A DNA stretch of 64,000 nucleotides, from assembly GCA_934691225.1 (NCBI GenBank), contig CAKUSQ010000001.1:264927-328926 (forward strand), given 5' to 3'. Below the pieces are notes generated by a model that was not told the origin of the DNA, searched no databases, and saw nothing but the letters and a program-made list of their open reading frames with translations. Shown here piece after piece: positions 35,088-43,694 of the stretch. Positions within the stretch are counted from its first letter, which is position 1; each line of letters begins with the position of its first letter. The translations under genes and the position numbers were made by a program. The stretch comes from an uncultured Opitutales bacterium. Its GTDB lineage: Bacteria; Verrucomicrobiota; Verrucomicrobiia; Opitutales; UBA9783.

Positions 35088-35846
35088 TTAAAATTCCAAA
35101 GAAAATCCAAAATTCAATCCACAAAAATGTGAACGATATGTTTTCGCATTAACAATCGTCCAAGGTTGTGTACCTCCCGTATTATACACAAAGGTTGGGC
35201 CACAATAAAAATGCCCTAATTTTTCAACTTCTTTTTTCAGCCAAAAGTTCATCTCCACATATTTATAATGATATCTTCGGTTCAACTCATTTCCATGGTG
35301 ACCATAAGGACGTTTTGCTTCCAAAAAGCCAATTTTATTGTTCCAACTTAATTTTAAACGCTTAAAATCAAATATCGATAAATCAAAATCGTACCCCCAA
35401 CGACATTCTACACACCATTGTTTGTGCTTCTTGTCTAAAAACAAATATATTTGCGGCGTCATTAATAAATCAGAACGCACACCTGCATACATTTCAAACC
35501 ATTGATTACATAGTGCACTATTATCATGCTGCAAAACCGTATGTCGACCACCGACATCAAACGTAAAATGTGGCGTTAACTTTCGCAATAATCCACCTGA
35601 AAAAATCCAACGATTTTTAAAAATATCTCTCCCTCGCAATGGAACATGACCTTCTAAATTTCCATAAATCCCTAAACGATCTCCACGAATCCCACCTTCA
35701 CAAAATGTCGACAAACTACGTTTGCCAATTTCACAACCTCGGTCATAGACTTCTGTGTCAATCGCAACGGAACCCTTAAAAAAACCTAACAACAATGCAT
35801 TAACACAAAAAACACTTCCCCACAGTACATGCCTCATAATTTGCAT
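35088..35846 (-). CDS. Putative outer-membrane beta-barrel protein
   Basis: 252 aa with a signal-like N-terminus (VLWGSVFCVNALLLGFF), alternating aromatic/Gly beta-strand pattern, and a C-terminal ...GFSLEF ending in Phe as in OMP sorting signals. Confidence 0.5.
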   Translation of the reverse strand: MQIMRHVLWGSVFCVNALLLGFFKGSVAIDTEVYDRGCEIGKRSLSTFCEGGIRGDRLGIYGNLEGHVPLRGRDIFKNRWIFSGGLLRKLTPHFTFDVGGRHTVLQHDNSALCNQWFEMYAGVRSDLLMTPQIYLFLDKKHKQWCVECRWGYDFDLSIFDFKRLKLSWNNKIGFLEAKRPYGHHGNELNRRYHYKYVEMNFWLKKEVEKLGHFYCGPTFVYNTGGTQPWTIVNAKTYRSHFCGLNFGFSLEF

Positions 35847-35937
35847 TATATCATTTTTGTTTCTTTTCCCAAAAAAGTAAATTAAAATATTGATTTTTCA
35901 AGAACTTCTACTTACTCTTCTCTTAACATTGCTTTTA

Positions 35938-36225
35938 ATGGAAGTTATAAAGGAATACACTATCTGCAGTGAACAAGGTTGGCACGCACGCCCTTGTGCA
36001 CTTATTACGCGCACCATTGTAGGACATCCAAGCGTTTGGGTTGAACTTTTCCATCCACGTTCTAAACGTACAACAGACGGAAAAAGTCTTTTTGAATTGA
36101 TGTTGTTCGGTGCTAATAAAGGTGATAAAGTAATAATAAAACTTAAAAGCGAAGATAAAGAAGAAATTGACGATTTGATAAAAACACTTGACCGATTGAT
36201 ACCTGGTTTTTACGATTCTGAATAA
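35938..36225 (+). CDS. ptsH: HPr-family phosphocarrier protein
   Basis: GWHARPCALI (His-15 motif GLHARPA) and DGKSLFELMLFGANKGD (Ser-46 region). ATG at 35938 preferred over the TTG at 35890. Confidence 0.75.
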   Translation: MEVIKEYTICSEQGWHARPCALITRTIVGHPSVWVELFHPRSKRTTDGKSLFELMLFGANKGDKVIIKLKSEDKEEIDDLIKTLDRLIPGFYDSE

Positions 36226-36273
36226 TTCTTCATTGACATTTTTTATATTATTGGTTTGATAATAATATACTTT

Positions 36274-36366
36274 GGAGAGATGGCTGAGTGGTCTAAAGCG
36301 CCTTCCTGCTAAGAAGGTAAGTTCTCAAAAAGGGCTTCGAGGGTTCAAATCCCTCTCTCTCCGCCA
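36274..36366 (+). tRNA. tRNA-Ser (anticodon GCU), long variable arm, CCA encoded
   Basis: GGAGAGATGGCTGAGTGGTCTAAAGCGCCTTCCTGCTAAGAAGG...GGGTTCAAATCCCTCTCTCTCCGCCA. Anticodon loop CTGCTAA. Confidence 0.92.
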
Positions 36367-36396
36367 GAAATCAAAGGTAAACATTCAAAATAAGTT

Positions 36397-37257
36397 TTAT
36401 TTTTGAGGATGCGATTGATTATAAATCTTTTGCAAAAAATGAATATTAACATGCGTGTATTTCTGCGTTGTTGAAAGTTTTGCATGTCCCAATAATTCTT
36501 GAACCGCACGAACATCTGCACCATTTTGTAACATATGAGTTGCATAACTGTGACGACAACTGTGTGGTGTCATAGTTAATGGTAGTTTCGACGCACACAG
36601 ATATTTTTTTATCAACAATTGAACTGAACGTACCGTCAATGCACCTCCATCTTTACGAGGAATTAACACAGGTACATTTTGAATCGCATGCAATTGTTTC
36701 AACGCTTCCAAAGCTGGAATACCTATAGGAATAACACGCTCTTTTCTCCCTTTACCCAACACACGAATTTGTCGCAGTGACCAATTTATATCAGAACATC
36801 GCAACGCAACTAATTCACCTACACGAATACCAGCACCGTATAACAATTCTAATAAAGCTTTATCGCGGCGCCAATAAAACTCATCTATTTTGCCTTCCGA
36901 AAACAGTTTATCGGGCGCCGATAATAACAAATTTATCTGATCAACTGTAAAAAAAACAGGTAACTTTGAATCAAATTTTGGTTTTACTTCTAAAATTTCT
37001 CTTGGCATAGGAATTTTTTTAAACTCCTCCAAAAAACGAAAAAACGTTCTCAATGCTGATAAATCATGATTCAATGTTCGTGTGCTCACCTGTCGATTAC
37101 GTAAAAATACTTCAAAATAGCGGCCATCATTTATAGGTAACTTTTTTGATTGCACAAATTCTAACCACAAATTTACAGTATCTAAATAATCCCTTTGCGT
37201 ATAAGATGAATAATTTCGTTGTTGCAAAAAAGAATTAAAATCATCCAAAAGCGACAT
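36397..37257 (-). CDS. Tyrosine recombinase XerC/XerD family
   Basis: SAM-like N-terminal domain. Catalytic residues are in LLYGAGIRVGEL (Arg), HSCRHSYATHML (HxxR) and LLGHAKLSTTQKYTHV (His, Tyr). Confidence 0.8.
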   Translation of the reverse strand: MSLLDDFNSFLQQRNYSSYTQRDYLDTVNLWLEFVQSKKLPINDGRYFEVFLRNRQVSTRTLNHDLSALRTFFRFLEEFKKIPMPREILEVKPKFDSKLPVFFTVDQINLLLSAPDKLFSEGKIDEFYWRRDKALLELLYGAGIRVGELVALRCSDINWSLRQIRVLGKGRKERVIPIGIPALEALKQLHAIQNVPVLIPRKDGGALTVRSVQLLIKKYLCASKLPLTMTPHSCRHSYATHMLQNGADVRAVQELLGHAKLSTTQKYTHVNIHFLQKIYNQSHPQK

Positions 37258-37261
37258 AATA

Positions 37262-38635
37262 TCAACTTTTGCGTTCGTCTTCTAATGAATTAAAAGTAGA
37301 TTTAGGTTTTTCCACCCAATCCCACTGTACAGGACATCCCGCTAAATCAAAATTTTCCCTTAAATGATTTTCTAAAAAACGTTTATAGTTTTGAGGCATC
37401 CATGCTAAACGATTGCAAAAAACTTTCAAAGTTATCGGACAAATACCTCTTTGAACAGCATAATAAATCTTAAAATGTTTTCCATGACACGAAGTAGGTG
37501 GTGTTTGCAACTGTATTTTTTGAAAAAAACGATTTAAGGCACCGGTAGTTATTTTCGTTTGCAACCGTTTTTGCAACGCTTTGATCTGATTCAATAATCC
37601 TTCCAATCCCTCACCCGTTTTAGCAGAAACAAATACAACTGGTGCATCCGTAAAAACACAAACTTTTTTTATTTCTTCAAGAAAAGTCTTTTGAAATTTT
37701 TCACAATTTTTCCCTACCTCTGCAATTTTTTCACGAGCAATGTCCCATTTATTAACAACCAAAATGCAACCTTTGCCTAATGTATGTACTTCATTGATTA
37801 AATTTTTATCAATGGTTGTTGGACCTGTTAAAATATCCAACAAAATAACCGCCATATCTACCTTAGCTAAAGCAGCATTTGTCCGAACAGATGCGTAAAA
37901 TTCAACCGCATCGGAGGTTTGTTTTCGAATACCTGCTGTATCTACCAAAACGAAACGTTCCAAACCCGATCTTTTAAATTTCCACGTGAATGGACACTCA
38001 ATCGCATCGCGTGTTGTCCCCGCCACATCACTCACCAAAACACGTTCTTCCTTCAATAGAGCATTCGTTAAAGAAGATTTCCCTACATTTGGACGCCCAA
38101 CTAGGGCAAATTGAGCTGTCAAAGGAACACTTTCTTCTTCCTCTTTTTTATTAGGCAAACTTTGAAGAATAGCTTCTTTCAGTAAATCAATGTTATTGTT
38201 GTGCTCTGCTGAAATAGGGATCAAAACATTCCAACCTAATCGGTAAAATTCAGCTAAATGACTCTCATCAACATCATTATCAATCTTATTAACCGCTAAA
38301 ATACGAGGTTGTTTTAACTTACGCAATGCATTAGATAATTCACGATCCATAGGCGTTAAACCACGACGCCCATCCAACACCCAAACAATTACATCTGCGG
38401 TATTCACAGCATTCCACACACGATTCTCTATCGATTTTGTAAAAGCATCACAGGGACTAAACAAACCACCACTATCAACAACTTGAAAAAGATTATCAAC
38501 TTCCGTTGAAATAAAATCGCGCGTTACTCCCGGCTGATCGTAGACAACCGCAGCTTTTGAACGTGTTAATCGATTAAACAACGTACTTTTTCCAACATTG
38601 GTTTGTCCAAATAATAGAACCGATGGTAATTTCAT
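37262..38635 (-). CDS. der: Ribosome-associated GTPase Der/EngA (tandem G domains + KH-like)
   Basis: GQTNVGKSTLFNRL and GRPNVGKSSLTNAL, NKID/NKWD motifs. ATG at 38635 preferred over the longer ORF start at 38671. Confidence 0.92.
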   Translation of the reverse strand: MKLPSVLLFGQTNVGKSTLFNRLTRSKAAVVYDQPGVTRDFISTEVDNLFQVVDSGGLFSPCDAFTKSIENRVWNAVNTADVIVWVLDGRRGLTPMDRELSNALRKLKQPRILAVNKIDNDVDESHLAEFYRLGWNVLIPISAEHNNNIDLLKEAILQSLPNKKEEEESVPLTAQFALVGRPNVGKSSLTNALLKEERVLVSDVAGTTRDAIECPFTWKFKRSGLERFVLVDTAGIRKQTSDAVEFYASVRTNAALAKVDMAVILLDILTGPTTIDKNLINEVHTLGKGCILVVNKWDIAREKIAEVGKNCEKFQKTFLEEIKKVCVFTDAPVVFVSAKTGEGLEGLLNQIKALQKRLQTKITTGALNRFFQKIQLQTPPTSCHGKHFKIYYAVQRGICPITLKVFCNRLAWMPQNYKRFLENHLRENFDLAGCPVQWDWVEKPKSTFNSLEDERKS

Positions 38636-38684
38636 ACTTTTAATTTCGATGAAAAATTCAACGAAACGCAAGCGTATTATTACA

Positions 38685-40361
38685 TTATTCCCCTACCAAA
38701 TCCGAAGCTTTGATATGGAAATAATAGTAAGATTTGCTATCAGCATTCATAAATGTAATCCACAAATGCCCATTTTTACAATCCATAGAAATAATACGCG
38801 AACATGATGTAAAATTACCAAAACTATTTCCTGTAACATCCTTAAATTCTGTTTTCGTTAACAAACGAACTTTGTAATCTGAATCGATCACAAAAGATGC
38901 GTACCCCAAAAATAACTGTTTCGTCTTTCCAGGATAACAATATGCGTAAATAATATAGGAATGTTTGGTTATCGGCGACTCATAAATACAAATTTTATGC
39001 GTATTAAGATAAAAACGATACTTATCTTCTTTCGTGGTATTTGTCGATGAAACAGCTGTTTCACTGGCTCCTTGAATATCGGTTGTATAAATAACATTTT
39101 GAATGTAATCAGCATCTGAACTAGGTGAATCAGTAAATGTATTACCATCGTTTAGTTTGCAAGACCGAAGTGTAAGTGATAATTTATCGGTAGGCCAATT
39201 GCAATACGTTGCTGACCAATTATATTTACTATTCTCTTCCTTATTTAAACTTGAATACCGTCCTGTAGCACAAAAACCTAAAATACACCAAATTTTCGTT
39301 CTATCCTTCGCTTCTAAAATACAAAAATCATAATTGTATGTTGTAGAATGAGAATCTCCTTTTTCATATTTTTCGACATATAAAAAATTCCAACTCATTG
39401 ATTTTTTTATCCAACTACCTTTTGTATCTTCCATGGTTAATAAAGGGGTATAACCATCTATAACAAACATACCATAAACATTATCTCCTTTTTTTATATA
39501 TCGATTACCAATAGAAAGTCCCCCTCCATACCATGTTACATTACCCTCACAACACTTTATACTCAATTTATTCTGCCATCTATTAAATTGTTTATAAAAA
39601 CTCGCCTTTTCATAACTCTCATAATCTTCAAGCACAATAAAACTCATATTAACAACTTCATTTGCATGCCAAGCCTGATAGGACCCTACCTGCGGATAAA
39701 ATTTATAAGCATCACTATCCCGACACCACCTTAGTCTATTCAACCAACAAATTGCGTTTTCAGACCCTTTGTAAAATCCTGAATCAACTACTTTTAAAGA
39801 AGCTTTTTCTAAATCAAAATACATAAAACCTTCCACATCTGAAGAAGCATCCATAAATCGAGTCGGCGGGCAATAGGCAAACAAACAAAGATAATTTGAA
39901 CTACTTACTTCCTGTGCTAAACAAGGACAAAATGCATTATAAATTTGATTTTTAAATATTCTAGCATCGGTATCATACGAATTTAAATTTGGCGTTGCTT
40001 TCATACCCAAAGTTACTCCCGCACGTTCCCAAGGATAAAGATCCATGGAGGAAGTATTGATAGAAGCATCGCTAGGTTCATATTTTCCAATCCTAAAAAC
40101 TGCCCCTGACGAATTAACACTGTATAAAGTTACTGCAAACAAAACTCCATTGGTATCAACCATGGCACTTGGAGCAAATGCTTCTAGTACATTTTGCTCT
40201 GAACCATAGTTCGACCGCATGGTTGTATTCAACCAATAAGGATAACAATAAAAATAATCTATTCGATCAAATTTATATTTACCTTCTATACTCTTAGGTA
40301 CATAACTCCATATATCACACAAAGTATTTAAAATTACGAAAAAGAAAATTTTTGATTTCAT
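38685..40361 (-). CDS. Large hypothetical secreted protein (beta-rich, Tyr/Trp/Cys/Asn-rich), no recognised domain
   Basis: About 558 aa. N-terminal MKSKIFFFVILNTLCDIWSY is signal-like. No family recognised. ATG at 40361 (the track starts at GTG 40370). Confidence 0.45.
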   Translation of the reverse strand: MKSKIFFFVILNTLCDIWSYVPKSIEGKYKFDRIDYFYCYPYWLNTTMRSNYGSEQNVLEAFAPSAMVDTNGVLFAVTLYSVNSSGAVFRIGKYEPSDASINTSSMDLYPWERAGVTLGMKATPNLNSYDTDARIFKNQIYNAFCPCLAQEVSSSNYLCLFAYCPPTRFMDASSDVEGFMYFDLEKASLKVVDSGFYKGSENAICWLNRLRWCRDSDAYKFYPQVGSYQAWHANEVVNMSFIVLEDYESYEKASFYKQFNRWQNKLSIKCCEGNVTWYGGGLSIGNRYIKKGDNVYGMFVIDGYTPLLTMEDTKGSWIKKSMSWNFLYVEKYEKGDSHSTTYNYDFCILEAKDRTKIWCILGFCATGRYSSLNKEENSKYNWSATYCNWPTDKLSLTLRSCKLNDGNTFTDSPSSDADYIQNVIYTTDIQGASETAVSSTNTTKEDKYRFYLNTHKICIYESPITKHSYIIYAYCYPGKTKQLFLGYASFVIDSDYKVRLLTKTEFKDVTGNSFGNFTSCSRIISMDCKNGHLWITFMNADSKSYYYFHIKASDLVGE

Positions 40362-40431
40362 CACAAACACAACTCAATGTGCTTATTTTAATAAAAATTT
40401 TAACTCGAAGCAAATGATAAAATCATTTAGC

Positions 40432-40462
40432 TAAAAAAAGAAGGACTTTTTCAAGTCCTTTC
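40432..40462 (-). terminator. Rho-independent terminator after gatB
   Basis: Stem aaggactt / aagtcctt (40441-40448 / 40453-40460). The minus strand is followed by TTTTTTT (plus-strand a-run 40433-40439). Confidence 0.65.
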
Positions 40463-40482
40463 TATCATTATTAAATATTTTG

Positions 40483-41934
40483 TTATTTTAAACAATCTAA
40501 CAAGATCTGATCTATCACATCAATCGGAGCTTTACCTTGCGTCTTGCGCATCATTTGCCCTTTCAACACATTGATAGCCTTTTCTTTACCTGAACGAAAT
40601 TCAGCAACAGGTTTAGAATTCTCTGCAATAACTTCTTCGCACATTTTACGTAAAGCTTCTATATCAACTTTCATTTCAAGGCCTTTTTCCTTAATGATCA
40701 ACTGCGGAGTTTTACCTGTTTTAAACATCTCTAAAAACACATCCTTAGCACTTTGTTTTGAAACAAGTTTTTCATCGATCAGCTTAACTAATTGTGCAAC
40801 TGATTCTGGTAAAACCTTTAAAGATTCCCAGGTTAAATCTGCACTATTGGACATTTCTCTCAGCAAATCATTAGCGATCCAATTTGCGATTGCTAATGGA
40901 TTTTTATCGTAAAATTTCAATGCTGATTCAAAGTAATCGCTCAAATGCCTATCGTAACAAATCACTGAAGTAACCGTATAAGGCAATTTTAACTGGGACA
41001 AATAACGTTCTTGTTTAGCAAAAGGCAATTCAGGTACTTGTTTAATTTGCTCAGCTATCATCTCTTCAGATAAAACAATGGGACACAGATCAGGATCTGT
41101 AAAATAACGATAATCATGTGCATCTTCTTTTGACCGCATGGTGTAGCTTTCATTTTTCTCAGCATCCCAACGTCGCGTTTCTTGTTCTACATGCCCTCCT
41201 GATTCCACAAGTGCAATCTGTCGCTGAATTTCATGTGCAACACCGTTGCAAACTCCAGATATAGAATTCAAATTTTTTAACTCAACTTTTGTTCCTAAAT
41301 GTGTTGCGCCAATGGGACGAATACTGATATTTGCATCACATCGCATCTGACCTTTTTCCATATCACAGTTCGATGCACCTATGTATTTTAAATGCATCTC
41401 TAACGATTTTAAATACGCAAAAACATCAGCGGTAGAATGCATGTCAGGCTCTGAAACAATCTCGATTAAAGGTGTTCCAGCCCGATTAAAATCAATCCAA
41501 GATTCGTCATTAAAATGTGTTAATTTTCCAACATCCTCCTCTAAATGGATACGATTTAACGCAACTTTACGATGAACTCCTTGAATATTTCGTGCAGGTC
41601 CTTCTAATTCAATTTCAACAAAACCACCTAAACACAAAGGTTGGTCAAATTGAGAAATCTGATAATTTTTTGGAGCATCGGGATAAAAATAATTTTTCCG
41701 ATCCCACTTACATTTACGAGCAATTTTGCACCCAAACACAGAACCTACTTCAACTGTTTTTAAAATGGCTGCCTTATTAAGTACCGGCAAAGTTCCTGGC
41801 AAACCTAAAACAACTTCATCCACCAAGGTGTTAGGCGGTTCACCATAATGATATGGAACTTGCGTAAAAAGTTTAGTTTTTGTATTCAATTGGACGTGAA
41901 CTTCTAGTCCAATAACAACTTCGTATTTATCCAT
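40483..41934 (-). CDS. gatB: Asp/Glu-tRNA amidotransferase subunit B
   Basis: MDKYEVVIGLEVHVQLNTKTKLF, DFNRAGTPLIEIVSEPD, and a C-terminal YqeY-like tail. Confidence 0.95.
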   Translation of the reverse strand: MDKYEVVIGLEVHVQLNTKTKLFTQVPYHYGEPPNTLVDEVVLGLPGTLPVLNKAAILKTVEVGSVFGCKIARKCKWDRKNYFYPDAPKNYQISQFDQPLCLGGFVEIELEGPARNIQGVHRKVALNRIHLEEDVGKLTHFNDESWIDFNRAGTPLIEIVSEPDMHSTADVFAYLKSLEMHLKYIGASNCDMEKGQMRCDANISIRPIGATHLGTKVELKNLNSISGVCNGVAHEIQRQIALVESGGHVEQETRRWDAEKNESYTMRSKEDAHDYRYFTDPDLCPIVLSEEMIAEQIKQVPELPFAKQERYLSQLKLPYTVTSVICYDRHLSDYFESALKFYDKNPLAIANWIANDLLREMSNSADLTWESLKVLPESVAQLVKLIDEKLVSKQSAKDVFLEMFKTGKTPQLIIKEKGLEMKVDIEALRKMCEEVIAENSKPVAEFRSGKEKAINVLKGQMMRKTQGKAPIDVIDQILLDCLK

Positions 41935-41940
41935 AATCGT

Positions 41941-43410
41941 TCAAAGTTGAGGGGTTTGTTTAGAAAATGAATGCTGCGATTCAAATAACTGTGCGATCGA
42001 TAAAATTGTACACTCATCAAATGGACGGCCTATCAATTGCATTCCTATCGGCAAATTTGATTTTGAAAAACCACATGGCAAAGAAATTCCAGGCAATCCT
42101 GCTAAATTAACTGAAATTGTATAAATATCACTCAGATACATAGCTAAAGGATCTGCAGTACGTTCACCTTTTTTAAAGGCTAAAACCGGCGATGTAGGTG
42201 TCAAGATTGCATCTACTTCCTTGAACACCTCCATAAAATCATTGTAAATAAGCCGACGAACCTTCTGTGCTTTACCGTAAAAAGCATCATAGTAACCGCT
42301 ACTTAATACATAAGTTCCTAAAAGAATACGCCGCTTCACTTCATCACCAAAACCCTCGCTGCGTGATAAATCAAACACATCACCTACCGTATGCGCATGA
42401 GGACTGCGATAAGTATAACGAATTCCGTCGTAACGAGCCAGGTTAGAGGATGCTTCAGCCGTAGCTACAATATAATAAACTGGGACTGCATATTCCATTG
42501 ATTTCAAATGTACCGGCTTTATTATGTACCCCTGACGCTTGTAAAAATCAATAGCAGCCTCAATTGAATGACGAATTTCAGGATCTAGACCTTCACCAAA
42601 ATATTCTTCAGGAATTCCAAGCACCCACTTTTTAGAACGAGACTTTTCCATCTCAACTAAAAAATCAGGAACTGAACGTCGTGCACTCGTAGCATCTTTA
42701 GCATCCGATCCACACAAAATTTGCAACAAACGCGCAACCCCTGTCACACTTCTTGCAAATGGCCCCGCTTGATCCAATGAACTCGCGTAGGCAACAATAC
42801 CATAACGGCTGATACGTCCATACGTAGGTTTCATTCCAACGATTCCACACAAAGCTGCAGGCTGCCGAATAGAACCTCCTGTATCCGTTCCCAACGACAA
42901 AGGGACTTCTCCAGCTGCTACTGAAGCTGCACTTCCTGAACTACTACCTCCTGGAATTCGTTCTAAATCCCACGGATTACAGGTTACTTGAAATGCTGAA
43001 TTTTCAGATGAAGAACCCATCGCGAATTCATCCATATTAAGACGTCCCCACAGAACCATTCCTGAAGCTTTCAAGCGCTTTACAACTGTGCTATCATAAG
43101 GGCTTACAAATTTCTCTAAAATTCGACTACCACACGTCAAAGGTTGATTCTTCTCTGCAAATATATCCTTTAACCCTACTGGAATTCCATCCAAATCGCT
43201 CAAACACTGCCCTTTGGCTCGACGCTCATCTGAAGCTTCTGCTTCCTTTAACGTTTTAACCTCATCAAAACTTAAAAAAGCTTTTAAATCTTCATCTATT
43301 TCCTTAGTACGTTGAATATACGCTTGTGTCAACTCAACTGACGAAAAGACTTTATTTTTAAGCCCAACAATGAGTTCATCTAACGATTGAAATATTAAAT
43401 CCTTCATCAC
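41941..43410 (-). CDS. gatA: Asp/Glu-tRNA amidotransferase subunit A (amidase signature)
   Basis: GGSSSGSAASVAAG and GTDTGGSIRQPAALCG amidase signature. Confidence 0.95.
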   Translation of the reverse strand: MMKDLIFQSLDELIVGLKNKVFSSVELTQAYIQRTKEIDEDLKAFLSFDEVKTLKEAEASDERRAKGQCLSDLDGIPVGLKDIFAEKNQPLTCGSRILEKFVSPYDSTVVKRLKASGMVLWGRLNMDEFAMGSSSENSAFQVTCNPWDLERIPGGSSSGSAASVAAGEVPLSLGTDTGGSIRQPAALCGIVGMKPTYGRISRYGIVAYASSLDQAGPFARSVTGVARLLQILCGSDAKDATSARRSVPDFLVEMEKSRSKKWVLGIPEEYFGEGLDPEIRHSIEAAIDFYKRQGYIIKPVHLKSMEYAVPVYYIVATAEASSNLARYDGIRYTYRSPHAHTVGDVFDLSRSEGFGDEVKRRILLGTYVLSSGYYDAFYGKAQKVRRLIYNDFMEVFKEVDAILTPTSPVLAFKKGERTADPLAMYLSDIYTISVNLAGLPGISLPCGFSKSNLPIGMQLIGRPFDECTILSIAQLFESQHSFSKQTPQL

Positions 43411-43694
43411 AAAACTTTCGGTACAACAATTTGATTTTCTTTCATTTCAGGCGCATTTTGAGATAGATAATCCACTGAAACCTTTTCTGCTGGGACATCC
43501 TCAGCCCAAATGTTGGCATCATGCTCAAAAGAATGAACCATAGGTTCCAGATCCGATACATCCACAGATGCAACTTTTGAACAATATCCGACAATTGACT
43601 GCAATTGTTGCTTCAATTTGCTCTTTTCTTCTTCTGACAATTGAATACGCGCTAATTTAGCTAAATGATCAATAGGCAACATTTGTTCGCTCAT
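43407..43694 (-). CDS. gatC: Asp/Glu-tRNA amidotransferase subunit C
   Basis: 95 aa, HLAKLARIQLSEEE pattern. 4-nt overlaps with both pheT and gatA. Confidence 0.88.
   Translation of the reverse strand: MSEQMLPIDHLAKLARIQLSEEEKSKLKQQLQSIVGYCSKVASVDVSDLEPMVHSFEHDANIWAEDVPAEKVSVDYLSQNAPEMKENQIVVPKVL

Noticed and set aside
35890-35937. Hydrophobic N-terminal extension (MIFQELLLTLLLTLLL) of the HPr ORF from a TTG start
   Set aside because: HPr is a soluble protein of about 90 aa. The ATG at 35938 gives the canonical length and N-terminus. The extension is probably untranslated.
36345-36545. 66-aa minus-strand ORF overlapping tRNA-Ser and the xer gene end
   Set aside because: It overlaps a confidently identified tRNA and the 3' end of the xer gene in another frame, so it is spurious.
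36274-37257. tRNA-Ser immediately followed by a tyrosine recombinase, considered as the edge of an integrated mobile element
   Set aside because: I found no direct repeat of the tRNA-Ser 3' end elsewhere in the window. The recombinase has the size and motifs of housekeeping XerC/XerD and is followed by der and other core genes. No cargo or phage genes are present.
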